From Vulcanimicrobiota bacterium (GTDB lineage: Bacteria > Vulcanimicrobiota > Vulcanimicrobiia > Vulcanimicrobiales > Vulcanimicrobiaceae): a DNA stretch of 64,000 nt. The stretch spans positions 317,180 to 381,179 of the forward strand of contig CAWGMX010000003.1 in NCBI GenBank assembly GCA_963823795.1, given 5' to 3'. The position numbers were made by a program, and so were the translations under genes. The notes beneath the pieces were generated by a model. That model was given only the letters and a program-made list of their open reading frames with translations, did not search any database and had not been told where the DNA came from. Below, one piece after another: positions 10,362 to 19,954 of the stretch. Numbering within the stretch: position 1 is the stretch's first letter; every line of letters starts with the position of its first letter.

Positions 10362-11095
10362 GGCGTCAGGCTAACGACCGCTCGAACCGTCGGCTCTCCG
10401 CTTGCCAATGCCTCGACCGTGATCGCCGACTCCTGCGGCAGATCGTGTAGCGCGACGTCGTATGCGCGCGTCGTGCCGGCCAGCACGTCGTGTGAATCCT
10501 TCAAAGACCCCAGCGGGACGTTGCCGCCGAATCCGCCGTACAGCCGCAACTCGTCGATGCGAAAATGCACGTTGCCGACGTTTTCGATCGTCACGGCGAT
10601 GCGGCGTTTGCTGCGGTCGAGCCTCGCCGACCACGCGAGGCGTTTTTGCACGGCAGTGGCTGGGGCGACGAAGAGCGGAACGTTGAGCTGATAAATGAAG
10701 CGCAAACCGGGCGCCTTGACCTTGTCCGGCACCTGCGCGACGATCAGGCGATAACTCAGCTCGCGCTCGCCGGGCTGCACGTCGCGCAGTGCGACGCGCA
10801 CGATGCGCGCGGTGCCCGCGTCGATCGCGAGAACCGGCGGCGCAACGATTAAGTCGTGCGTCGGCGACAGAAGGTCGTCGTTGCCTTTTTGCGCCCAAGC
10901 GCGCGCTTCGACTTGAAAGAGCATCGGCGTGTTGCCGGAGTTCGTCAGCGTAAACGAAGTGTAGCGGCTACGCGCATTGAGCTCAAGGCGCGTCGGCGCA
11001 ATGTTGATCGCGCCCGCCGCCTTCGAAGACCCGGCGGAAGCGAGAAACGCGGCAGCGGCTACGAACGCGGCGCCCCGGATGCCGGCATGCCTCAT
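10358..11095 (-). CDS. Periplasmic pilus chaperone (PapD/CsuC-like)
   Basis: Start set at the ATG at 11095 (MRHAGIRGAAFVAAAAFLASAGS...). It overlaps the upstream pilin stop (ATGA). INIAPTRLELNARSRYTSFTLTNSGNTPMLFQVEARAW is typical of the chaperone N-domain. Confidence 0.75.
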   Translation of the reverse strand: MRHAGIRGAAFVAAAAFLASAGSSKAAGAINIAPTRLELNARSRYTSFTLTNSGNTPMLFQVEARAWAQKGNDDLLSPTHDLIVAPPVLAIDAGTARIVRVALRDVQPGERELSYRLIVAQVPDKVKAPGLRFIYQLNVPLFVAPATAVQKRLAWSARLDRSKRRIAVTIENVGNVHFRIDELRLYGGFGGNVPLGSLKDSHDVLAGTTRAYDVALHDLPQESAITVEALASGEPTVRAVVSLTP

Positions 11096-11637
11096 GGGAA
11101 GGTAACCGTAACCGAAATGGTGTCCGAGTAGCTTCCAGCCGCGTTTTTTCCTTGCGCCGGCAGATAGCCGAACATCTTGGTCGTCGAGTTGTCGACGACC
11201 GGGAATCCACTGCTCGAGTTCGTGTAACAGCCAGTCGGCGACCCCGCTGTTGGACAAATTTCGAACCCAATCGTGTGCGAGCCGCTGGTGAGTGAGTACG
11301 TCGTCGTGCCGGTCAGCGAGGCGTCGGTGATCGAGAGCCGAGCGGGGCCGGGCGAGTCGCAGCTGGCGATCGCGTCGTTTTCGGCCGTCGACTCGGCCGC
11401 ACTCCCGGTGAGGCCGCTGATCGCAGCGAACGAAAAGTTTCCGCCCGGATTCAGGGTAAGACTGCAAGTCACGTTTATCCGGATGCCGTACTCTGGCGCC
11501 GCTTCGGCCGAACCGGGAGCATCGCGGCCGCCTGCAGGAGCCGCAGCGGTAGATCCCGAGGCCAGCGCGACTAACGCGCTGCCCGCGAGAATACTGATGA
11601 CCATTCTCACGCTCATTTCGGTATCAAAGCTGTGCAC
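11092..11637 (-). CDS. SCPU (spore coat protein U)/Csu-type pilin subunit
   Basis: Signal peptide, paired Cys residues, and a C-terminal G-Y-DT--V-V-F motif (GSYSDTISVTVTFP). The exact start is uncertain (GTG at 11637 or ATG at 11616). Confidence 0.65.
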   Translation of the reverse strand: MHSFDTEMSVRMVISILAGSALVALASGSTAAAPAGGRDAPGSAEAAPEYGIRINVTCSLTLNPGGNFSFAAISGLTGSAAESTAENDAIASCDSPGPARLSITDASLTGTTTYSLTSGSHTIGFEICPTAGSPTGCYTNSSSGFPVVDNSTTKMFGYLPAQGKNAAGSYSDTISVTVTFP

Positions 11638-11666
11638 GAGGGAGCAATCGCCCCCGGATGCCCGGC

Positions 11667-12191
11667 TTAGCTAAAGGTGAGCGTTGCCGTTACGGTGTCG
11701 TTATAGGTTCCGGACTTATTCACACCTTGCGGCGGGAGGGCGCCGTACAATGGGAACGGGGTCGCCACGCCGGTGACAGGCACGGTGTTAGGGCCGCCGT
11801 TCTCGTAGTCGGTGCCGCCGGACGTTCCGGTGTTATTGATCTGGAAGTCGATAAGGTTCGCACCACTTACGAGTTGGAAATTCGTGCTTCCGCTGCACGA
11901 CGCGCAACCGTCGGTGAAGACCAGGCTCGCCGTGGTGGCCGAGCAAGTCGCCGTGACGATGTTTTCGGCCGTATATTCGGTCGCGGCCGTACCGGTCAGA
12001 GCGTCAATGGCGGCAAAAGCAAAGTTCCCGCCGGGGTTCTGCGTAAGCGTGCAGTCGGCGGTAACGACGAGCGAATAGGTGAAGGTTAGGGTTATCGGGC
12101 TGGCGGCCGCGGGACGTATCGCCGCCGAGGCTAGGGCCGGTACCGCTGCAAGTACCAGGGCTGCCGTAATCGGTAAAAGTTTCTTGAGCAT
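11667..12191 (-). CDS. SCPU/Csu-type pilin subunit
   Basis: ATG at 12191 (MLKKLLPITAALVLAAVPALASA) lies after AGAGGAA. C-terminus is GTYNDTVTATLTFS. Confidence 0.7.
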   Translation of the reverse strand: MLKKLLPITAALVLAAVPALASAAIRPAAASPITLTFTYSLVVTADCTLTQNPGGNFAFAAIDALTGTAATEYTAENIVTATCSATTASLVFTDGCASCSGSTNFQLVSGANLIDFQINNTGTSGGTDYENGGPNTVPVTGVATPFPLYGALPPQGVNKSGTYNDTVTATLTFS

Positions 12192-12268
12192 TTCGTTCCT
12201 CTTAGAAGTTAGCAACCGGTCTTTCGCGCTTCAACGGCTGGGGGGCCAGCCCCTTGTTTGCGTCGCTG

Positions 12269-12841
12269 TCAGTAGACAATCGTGGCTGTGATGGTATCGG
12301 TATAAGTCCCGGCCGGGATCGGCCCACGCGGTGCAATCGTGGCGATGAGCTTATAGGTGGCCGCGCTGTTCGAGCCGCTGAGCTGCAAACCCGGCGCCCC
12401 GCAGTCGGTGAGCCGCCCACTCGCAGCGCCGCCATCGTAGCGGATCGTGAACGGGATGGCCGTTTCGCCCTTCGTGAGCGTAAACGTGCCGCCTGGACCA
12501 GCGTGCGCATCGCAGAACAGAACGTCGGCGGTCACGTTGCCGCTGCAGCTCACGGTCAGCGCGGCGGTAACCGTCGCACCCGATGACTTCAACCCCGAGA
12601 TACTCCCGAAACTTAGACGCTCGTCCCCGCTTGAGATCGAACAACTTTCATCGGCGCGCGGCGACGGCGCCGCCCGCTTGGGTGCCGGTGGTGACCCGGG
12701 GGATCTGAGTCCGGGATGTGTGAGAATGACGTGGGAGCCTGCAGTCGCGAAGCCTGGCTGGACCAATACCAAAGCGACTGCAGCCAGCGCACTGACAACC
12801 GCCGCCCGTCGTTGATCCCGGTCGAAATGCATCAGAGGCAT
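12269..12841 (-). CDS. SCPU/Csu-type pilin subunit (first gene of the operon)
   Basis: ATG at 12841 lies after GGGAGG. C-terminus is GTYTDTITATIVY. Has a longer Pro-rich N-terminal region. Confidence 0.6.
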   Translation of the reverse strand: MPLMHFDRDQRRAAVVSALAAVALVLVQPGFATAGSHVILTHPGLRSPGSPPAPKRAAPSPRADESCSISSGDERLSFGSISGLKSSGATVTAALTVSCSGNVTADVLFCDAHAGPGGTFTLTKGETAIPFTIRYDGGAASGRLTDCGAPGLQLSGSNSAATYKLIATIAPRGPIPAGTYTDTITATIVY

Positions 12842-12997
12842 GAACCTCCCATCGAGACTAACGACAATCATGCGCGCCCGCGCTCGCGTTTGTCAAGCGG
12901 CGCGCCGCGCCGTCGCGTAACAGAATGCTAAACCGGCTCCTATAATTCCGGAAAAGCGAAACCGGAAACAACCTGTAAAGATGCCTAAATTGCGCCG

Positions 12998-13046
12998 TTG
13001 ACAAAACGAACAAAAAGGCGCAATCTGCCCCTAAGGAGCCGCTAGC
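12998..13046 (+). promoter_or_regulatory. Conserved promoter/5' leader of NHL paralogue 2
   Basis: Same architecture as 6227-6275: TTGACA at 12998-13003, CAATCT 17 nt downstream, and an AGGAG RBS. Confidence 0.35.
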
Positions 13047-14618
13047 ATGCGAGTTTTGTTCTCCCCGCGTTACGCGACACCGGCATGCGTAACTCTTGCG
13101 ATCCTCGCCGGCTGCAGCGGCAGCGGGGCGCCGGCGATCGCGCCGCCGGCGGGCGCAGGACCAGGTCCCTTCGCGGTAATGCGTGGCCTGCCCACACCTC
13201 AACCCAACACGAGCACGCGCCGGCACTCGCGGGTGCGGCGCAACCTCATAGCCTGCACCAACGTAACGGCGGTGAACGGCACCGTCTATTCGGTCGCGAT
13301 GGTAGGTGGGGGTTCCGGGCTCGACGTCGAGTCGTCGGCCTATGCCGGCTGCACCGTCGGCGTCTTCATCAGCAATCGGTTCGGGTCCCAGACCCTACGC
13401 AACTCCAACGTCGGCGGGCCGTTTGGAATCGGCGTCTATGTCGACAACGTCGGCTCGTTTACTCAAAACAGCGTCTCGATTTGCGTCAACGGCATCAACA
13501 CCGATGAAACGTGCCGTACGGGAAGCCTGAGCAGCAGCGGCAGCGGCATCATCTATGCGAACTTGACGAAGATTAACGTGGACCATACGAACATCGACGG
13601 CTACGTCGCCGGCTTCGTGACCAATCCGTGTCCGAACCCGAACAACAACATCACCGTCGATCACACGGTTATTACCGGCGCGACCTATCCCTGGTCCTGG
13701 CTGGGCGGGAACAACAACTTCAACTTCCAGCCCGGGCATGACTCGCCGCCCAGCATTCCCAACTGCAGAGGCAACGGGGTGGGCGCGGGCAGCGGCAACC
13801 TCTACGTGGCCGACTACAACAACAACGCGGTGAAGCAAATGCTTTCGGCGACCGGCTTCAGCACGATCAACACGCTTGGCTCGGGGTTCAATCAACCGTT
13901 CGGTATCGCACTCGATACATCCAACAACGTCTACGTCGCCGATTACGGCAACTCCGCGGTCAAGGAGATTCTCGCGAACGGCGGTTACACTACCGTCATG
14001 ACGCTTGGCTCGGGGTTCAGCCACCCGTTGGGCGTCGCGGTCGATACCTTTGCCAACGTTTTTGTGGCCGACACCTTCAACTCCGCGATCAAGGAACTCG
14101 TAGCGCCCGGCTACACGACGATTAAAACGATCGGTTCGGGATTCAGCTACCCGTTCGGCGTCGCCGTCGATTCGCTCAACAACGTCTACGTCGCCGATAC
14201 CTATAACAACTCGATCAAGGAGATTTTGGCCAACGGCGGTTACGCCACCATCAACACGCTCGTCTCGTACCCAACTGTAAGCGTTCCGTATGGTCTGGCG
14301 GTCGACGGGTCGGGTAATCTCTACGTGGCCAACGTCGGCTACGGCAGAATCGATCAGATCGTGGCACCGCTCTACACCACGGTCAACACCCTCGGCTCGG
14401 GATTCAACTTCCCCTACGCCGTTGCTCTCGATACGTCGAGCAACGTCTACGTCGCCGACACTTTGAACAACGCGATAAAAGAGATCATGGCGCCGGCCTA
14501 CACCGCGATCGTTACGCTCGGCTCGGGATTCAACGGGCCGACGGGCATTGCGCTCCTGAACCCGTCGCTACTACGCGCCAAACAACCGCCAGGCCAAAAG
14601 ACGGCCCGTCTCCGTTAA
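13047..14618 (+). CDS. NHL-repeat lipoprotein, paralogue 2
   Basis: 523 aa with lipobox LAGC and the same repeat architecture as 6276-7862. Confidence 0.8.
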   Translation: MRVLFSPRYATPACVTLAILAGCSGSGAPAIAPPAGAGPGPFAVMRGLPTPQPNTSTRRHSRVRRNLIACTNVTAVNGTVYSVAMVGGGSGLDVESSAYAGCTVGVFISNRFGSQTLRNSNVGGPFGIGVYVDNVGSFTQNSVSICVNGINTDETCRTGSLSSSGSGIIYANLTKINVDHTNIDGYVAGFVTNPCPNPNNNITVDHTVITGATYPWSWLGGNNNFNFQPGHDSPPSIPNCRGNGVGAGSGNLYVADYNNNAVKQMLSATGFSTINTLGSGFNQPFGIALDTSNNVYVADYGNSAVKEILANGGYTTVMTLGSGFSHPLGVAVDTFANVFVADTFNSAIKELVAPGYTTIKTIGSGFSYPFGVAVDSLNNVYVADTYNNSIKEILANGGYATINTLVSYPTVSVPYGLAVDGSGNLYVANVGYGRIDQIVAPLYTTVNTLGSGFNFPYAVALDTSSNVYVADTLNNAIKEIMAPAYTAIVTLGSGFNGPTGIALLNPSLLRAKQPPGQKTARLR

Positions 14619-14764
14619 CTTTCGTTGCAGCGTCAACGTGAGTTGGGCCGAGAAGGGCGACTGCCAACTCGAAAAGTGGTATTATCAAGTGACCGCTTAG
14701 CAGAGCGGCAAAACGTCATTCCACTTCCTTCACTCAGCACGCATACACACACAAAGGGGAAAGA

Positions 14765-14926
14765 ATGTTTAACACTCTCAAGTCCATGATTTGCAGTGAA
14801 GATGGCGCATCGATGGTCGAATACGGCCTTCTTATCAGTCTCATCGCGGTCGTCGCCATGATTGGCGTCAAAGCGCTCGGCGCGAACGTATCGACGCTCT
14901 ACACCACCGTCGCAGGAACGATCTAG
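14765..14926 (+). CDS. flp: Flp/Fap-family type IVb pilin precursor (53 aa)
   Basis: Absent from the ORF track because it is under 60 aa. My translation is MFNTLKSMICSEDGASMVEYGLLISLIAVVAMIGVKALGANVSTLYTTVAGTI. It has the Flp hallmark G/(A,S)xxEYGLLI followed by a hydrophobic helix. RBS is AAGGGGA. Confidence 0.75.
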   Translation: MFNTLKSMICSEDGASMVEYGLLISLIAVVAMIGVKALGANVSTLYTTVAGTI

Positions 14927-14961
14927 AATATGCTTTCTGAGGCGACGCCCCCGAGCCAGCT

Positions 14962-15282
14962 TTGATCGTCGCACCTACCGAATCCGTCGCCGGACACCGC
15001 GTGACGCAGACGCTGGGTCAGGTCTTCGGCGTGGTCGTGCGCAGCCGCGGGTTGGGCGGCAACATCATGGCCGGGCTGCGGTCGCTGGCCGGCGGTGAGA
15101 TCACCGAGTATACCGAGATGCTGGAAGAGGCGCGCCGGCACGCCACCGATCGCATGGTACAAAATGCCCAAACGATGGGCGCGAATGCCGTCATCATGAT
15201 GCGCTTCGACTCTTCCGAACTCGGCCAGACAATGAGCGAGATCGTAGCCTACGGTACGGCCGCGGTCGCAGCGCCTGCCTGA
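14962..15282 (+). CDS. YbjQ/UPF0145-family protein
   Basis: 106 aa. Family-typical GLGGNIMAGLRSLAGGEITEYTEMLEEARRHATDRMVQNAQTMGANAVIMMRFD. Confidence 0.8.
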   Translation: MIVAPTESVAGHRVTQTLGQVFGVVVRSRGLGGNIMAGLRSLAGGEITEYTEMLEEARRHATDRMVQNAQTMGANAVIMMRFDSSELGQTMSEIVAYGTAAVAAPA

Positions 15283-15320
15283 GAACGCGCGTACGTCGAC
15301 GCCGGCGAACCGCAGTAAGC

Positions 15321-15830
15321 CTAGTAAAAGCTTTCGCGGAATTGGAGCTTTGAGTAGTCTATCGAGCTCTTCCCTCGCGAGCCATCGACGCTGTACGTCA
15401 CGCGCTTTGCTTTAAAGACCTCGCTCTTGGCCTTCTTGCGACAGCCGCTGAATCGGATGGCGGCGTGGGCTTTGTTTACCTTTCCGGAAAACGTTTGCGT
15501 CCCCGATTGGACCGCAAACGTCTCTGAGAACATGAACTTTTTCAGCAGGGCGAAGTCCAGCACGGAGCCCGAAGCGCTAAACGTTCCTGCTAGTGGCCCG
15601 CTTGCGGACCCCGTCGCTGTGTAGACGAGTTCTGGTCCGCCAGGCGTCAAAAGACACTTCGCGGACACATAGCTCGACGTAAATTCCTCACCGGCAAAGT
15701 TGTTTGCGGTGAGCTGCACAGTTGCTTGGGGCGCCCCGTTCTGCGCCGCCGGAGCTTGAAAGGAGCCGCAACCGGTCAGCGCCGCGGCGACAAAGGTTGC
15801 GCTGAGAATAAGGCGAGCAAGGGTTCCCAT
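15321..15830 (-). CDS. Lipoprotein of unknown function
   Basis: 169 aa with lipobox LTGC. Confidence 0.5.
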   Translation of the reverse strand: MGTLARLILSATFVAAALTGCGSFQAPAAQNGAPQATVQLTANNFAGEEFTSSYVSAKCLLTPGGPELVYTATGSASGPLAGTFSASGSVLDFALLKKFMFSETFAVQSGTQTFSGKVNKAHAAIRFSGCRKKAKSEVFKAKRVTYSVDGSRGKSSIDYSKLQFRESFY

Positions 15831-15922
15831 CTACAGCCTCCCCGAGATCCGAGTTGGATCAGGTAGTCCAACGCTTCGGCGCGCGGTACCCTTTTCCATC
15901 CGGCTGACGACGTGGGCGGGCC

Positions 15923-17032
15923 TCAAACAGCGGCCGTCGGTCGAACAACCCGCACCAAATTCTCGAGGTATTGGCCCGGCTGTTCCAGCATCGCCATGTG
16001 TGCCGAGTTCGCAAACGTGACGAACCTTTTGCGCGGCGCTTCCAAACGGTCGTACCAGGTCTTCACGACTGCATATGAGGTTTCGTAATCGTGCTTTCCC
16101 TGGAAAATAAAGAGGGGACAGCCGACCTGCTTTAGCGAGTCGAAGTTTACGCTTTCGACGACGCCGATCAGATGCCCAAGAGAAAACAGACTGCCTTTAT
16201 CGGCGAGACGCAGATCGCGCTCGGTGTACTCCGGCGCCAGTTGCCAGGCATCCGAGTCGTAATCGAAGCTGGTTCGTCCGTAAGTAAGACCTCCGTAGTA
16301 GACCACCCAGTTACGCTGGGCGCTGATGCGCTCGGCCGTGAGCGTGCCGATCGGTCCGGGATACGGCGCCAGGGCTTGCAGTTCGCGCACCGCCCGATCG
16401 TTGCCATGAAGTCGCGCCTGCTGCAGCGCGAACGCGTATCCTTCCGCTTCGCTTCGCTGCGTATCGATCATCTGACCCGTGCCGACGTAGGCGTGCAGCA
16501 ACTCTGGATGCCGGCGCGCCACTTCTAAACCGAGATATGAACCCCACGAATGGCCAAGTACGAAGAGCTTTTTCTTCTGCAGCCGTTCCAAGAGGTACTG
16601 GACGACGTGCTCGGTGTCAGCAATCATCTGTGCCGCGGTCATGGTAGGAGCGATCGTTGCGGGATCGTTGGACGCGAACGTCTTGCCAGCACCCCGCTGA
16701 TCCCATTGCACTACCGTAAAGAAATCTTCCCAAGGGCTTTGAAAGGTCCAGCTTTCAGGCATCGTCGGCGAGCCGGGGCCGCCGTGTAGATACAGGAGTA
16801 CGGGATTACCGCGATCCCGCCCGCGTATCGAGATCCACTGCGTGCAGCCGTTAGCCTCGACGCTGAACAGCTCTTCGATGCCGTTAGGCGAAACGATCTT
16901 GCGATTGGCCGCGATTATCTGCTTGAACTTATCGCGATCTTCGCTTTGCTCGGAAGGCGTGGCAGCTCGTACTGTGGCTGGAGATACAGCGGCGAGCGAC
17001 AACGTGGTACGAAAGAAGGCGCTGCGGTTCAT
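15923..17032 (-). CDS. Secreted alpha/beta hydrolase (prolyl aminopeptidase-like)
   Basis: 369 aa. HGGPG oxyanion motif (LYLHGGPGSP) and nucleophile elbow GHSWG. Confidence 0.75.
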   Translation of the reverse strand: MNRSAFFRTTLSLAAVSPATVRAATPSEQSEDRDKFKQIIAANRKIVSPNGIEELFSVEANGCTQWISIRGRDRGNPVLLYLHGGPGSPTMPESWTFQSPWEDFFTVVQWDQRGAGKTFASNDPATIAPTMTAAQMIADTEHVVQYLLERLQKKKLFVLGHSWGSYLGLEVARRHPELLHAYVGTGQMIDTQRSEAEGYAFALQQARLHGNDRAVRELQALAPYPGPIGTLTAERISAQRNWVVYYGGLTYGRTSFDYDSDAWQLAPEYTERDLRLADKGSLFSLGHLIGVVESVNFDSLKQVGCPLFIFQGKHDYETSYAVVKTWYDRLEAPRKRFVTFANSAHMAMLEQPGQYLENLVRVVRPTAAV

Positions 17033-17143
17033 CTGCTTAGTTTACGATTCGCGAAACGCTCTTGTTTCATGGCGTAGGGAGAGTCGCCGGCGCCGCGCAC
17101 GCGGTGACCGTTCCCGTCCGTTACCGTAAGTTGATAGAACCAG

Positions 17144-19671
17144 CTACCGAGGCGGTCGGCCTCCACCTCCGTGGCGCTCGCCGCCGCCCCCCGAAGGACC
17201 GCCGTTGCCATGCGAGTACGAAGGTGCCGAACCATGCGATCCGCGCGAGTACGACGAATACGAACCGCGCGAGTACGATGGATACGAACCGCGCGAGTAC
17301 GACGGATATGAACCGCGCGAGTACGACGATCCATACGAGCCACGGGAGTACGACGATCCATACGAGCCGCGCGAGTACGATGGACTCGATTCGCGCTCGT
17401 CGTACGGGTTGCGCGCGCTTTCGCGCGATTCGCCGCGCGAATTAGAGAAGCGGCCCCATGGATCGGAGGACCCCTGCTCTGCGCGCCCAGCCCCCGGCGC
17501 CGAGACCTCGCCCTCTCGTGTACGCGTTGCCGGTGTTCCACGTTCGGAACCAGCCCCGAACCCTGCCGACCGAGCCTCGCCGCGCGCTTCATTGAAGCGG
17601 TCCCACGATGCAGATCGGGCGAACTCATCGCCGGTGGCTGCGACTCGGCCTGATGCTGCCGAACCTTCGCGCATCGCCGCACTGTTCTCGTCGCGCATCG
17701 CCGCACTGTTCTCGTCGCGCATCGCCGGCGCCGCATTCTCATGAGTTACCGGCGCGTTCTCACGCTGACTCGCTCCGACCTGACGCGACGTGGCCGCGTT
17801 CTCACGCGTGACCGGCGAATTCCTACGAGTTTGGAACGCGCTCGCGTGCGCTTCCGACACACGCGCATAGGTTTCCGCTACATTCGCATGCGTTTCCGCC
17901 ACATTCGCGCGGGACGTCGGGGCATTTGCGCGAGTCGGCGTTGTCGCGTGCGTGGTGGCATGTCCGGTGAGGCCGGAGCGGATGGCCTGGGCTACATCCT
18001 TCTTCTGCTGCGCGAAGGTACTCCGTGCCGCTTGTGTCCTATCCGATGCGAAGCGTGACGAGTTGAAGAGCTTCGAGAAGGTCACGGGCGCGTGCAGCCT
18101 ACCATGTGAGAAAGCCAAGTTATCGCGCGTCGGCGCAATCGGCAGCGCTCCGTGAATAGTTCCGAAACGCCGTCCGAGATCGTGGCTGGTCACCCCAACC
18201 GTGTGTCCGTAAACCGTTCCGTGGCGGAAGTTTCGCATTGTGGTCGCGGTCGCGCCGCCGTGGCGGAAGTTATGGTAGATCCTCGTGACGTGGGTGATGT
18301 TGGTGATCCTGGTGATGTGGGTTGGATACCCCCATCCAAAACCGATGGACCCCCACCCGGGATACCATGGGTAGAACGGTTCGTAGGGCGCGATCGGGAC
18401 CCACCCGATATACGGATAGGAGTAGCCGTATGATGCTGGATATCCAGAGCCGTAGTCCTGGGTCGCGGGGTAGCCATAGTCACCAGGGCCAGGGCCGCTA
18501 GGGCTAGGGCCTCCGACGCCATACGGTGCGGGGGTGACCGAGCTATATTGTTCCGCGGGTTCGGCGTTGCCCGACGGGGCAGCAGGGGCGCTGTTGTAGC
18601 TACCCGGGGGGTAGCCGTAGTTGCCCTGACAGTTATTGTAATCGGCCGTCCCGGTGTCGAATCCGAAGAACCCCACCAGGGCGGGCGACCAAGCCGGTCT
18701 GGCCGCGGACGGCGGCAACCATGCCCACCCCGAAGCACCGCAGCCGCAGAAGTACCAGTTGCCGTAATGATAGGGCGTCCAGCCCCACGGCTCGGAGCCT
18801 ACCCATGTCCAACTGTACCTGCCCGCCCAGGACCAGGAACCGTTACGATATGGCACCCAGCCGGCCGGCTCGTTCGGGATCCAAGAATGTCCGTAACCGG
18901 CGACGGCTTGCCACTGGCCGTAGGCATCCAGGTCGTCGTAACCGGCGATGCTAGGAATTTAAGTAGGGGCTTGTATTCAGCGGCGGCGACCATCGTTTTG
19001 TCGCGGTCAGCGTTAAAGTCGTCGAACGTATCGAGTGCCACTTCGGGACTATACGTAATCGATGGGTTGGATGCCGAACCGCGAGCGATAAGCGTCGTGC
19101 CCGTACCTAGCGTGTAGGTGCGCTGAGGCGTAACCACGTCGAGGCCACCGCGCCGCGCGGTGATCCAGCTCGAGCCGTCCGCAGCTACGGAAATCCGAGA
19201 GTCGCCGGCTTGACGCGCACGAACCGCAACCGAAGGCGTATCGATTTGCATCGCGTGCCCGTCCTGCACCATTCCGATCTCTACGGTGCCGTCCGCAAGC
19301 TGAAGCCTATTCGGGCCGTCGCTGACGATGCGCGCCTGGACGTTCCCTCCCAGCCGAACGGCCGTATAGCCGTCAAACTGCAGCTCAGCGCGCGCCGTGT
19401 TCCCAGTCGAGATATAGTCGCCGGGAAGCATCGGCGCGTTGCGGACGGCATTCGTCTGCACGTGGGTGTCGCCACGCTGGACGACGGTCAAGCCTTCGAC
19501 GACGCTCACGCGGACCACGCCGGGTCCGCTCACGCGGACAACACCTGGTCCTTTTACACCAAACGCCTGCTCGGTCGGAGTCCGAAGCACACCCGAGAGT
19601 ATCACTCCGACGAGTGTAGCCGCGGAAATCGCGCTGACCACGGAAATCACTACGAACGACTTGGTTGTCAT
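17144..19671 (-). pseudogene. FecR-domain membrane protein fused to a Trp/Gly-rich domain and low-complexity tail, split by a frameshift (or two adjacent genes)
   Basis: ORF 18799-19671 has a TM helix and a FecR-like core (PGDYISTGNTARAELQFDGYTAVRLGGN). The frame of ORF 17144-18856 is open upstream to a TAA near 18960. There it reads IPSIAGYDDLDAYGQWQAVAGYGHSWIPNEPAGWVPYRNGSWSW with no start codon, so the two parts look like one gene broken near 18945-18965. Confidence 0.55.
17250..17395 (-). repeat. Tandem 24-27-bp coding repeats encoding (S-Y-S-R-G-S-Y-x)n
   Basis: Plus strand reads CGCGCGAGTACGACGAATACGAAC / CGCGCGAGTACGATGGATACGAAC / CGCGCGAGTACGACGGATATGAAC and so on. The protein tail is SYSRGSYGSSYSRGSYGSSYSRGSYPSYSRGSYPSYSRGSYSSYSRGSHG. 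Confidence 0.75.
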
Positions 19672-19954
19672 TGTTCTATCCCCTCAGGTTTTATTGAAGC
19701 CTAATCCACGTGAGGAAACATCGAATCGTGATTAGCCTATCATTAACCTAGAATGAGAGGACGATGAGTAGAAGCGCGGGTTCGCAACGCGAGGGAGAAT
19801 CGCGGCCACCGCAGCGATGCTACAGCCTCACTGTAAGAGTTGCGGTGTACGGTCTAGCTGTGTGTCGGTCTTAGTACTTATGGGCCCCAGCGATGCCGAC
19901 GTCTAGGGCGGCTTCCATGCTGGACTTCGACTCGCTCACGATGTTGCCACTCGG

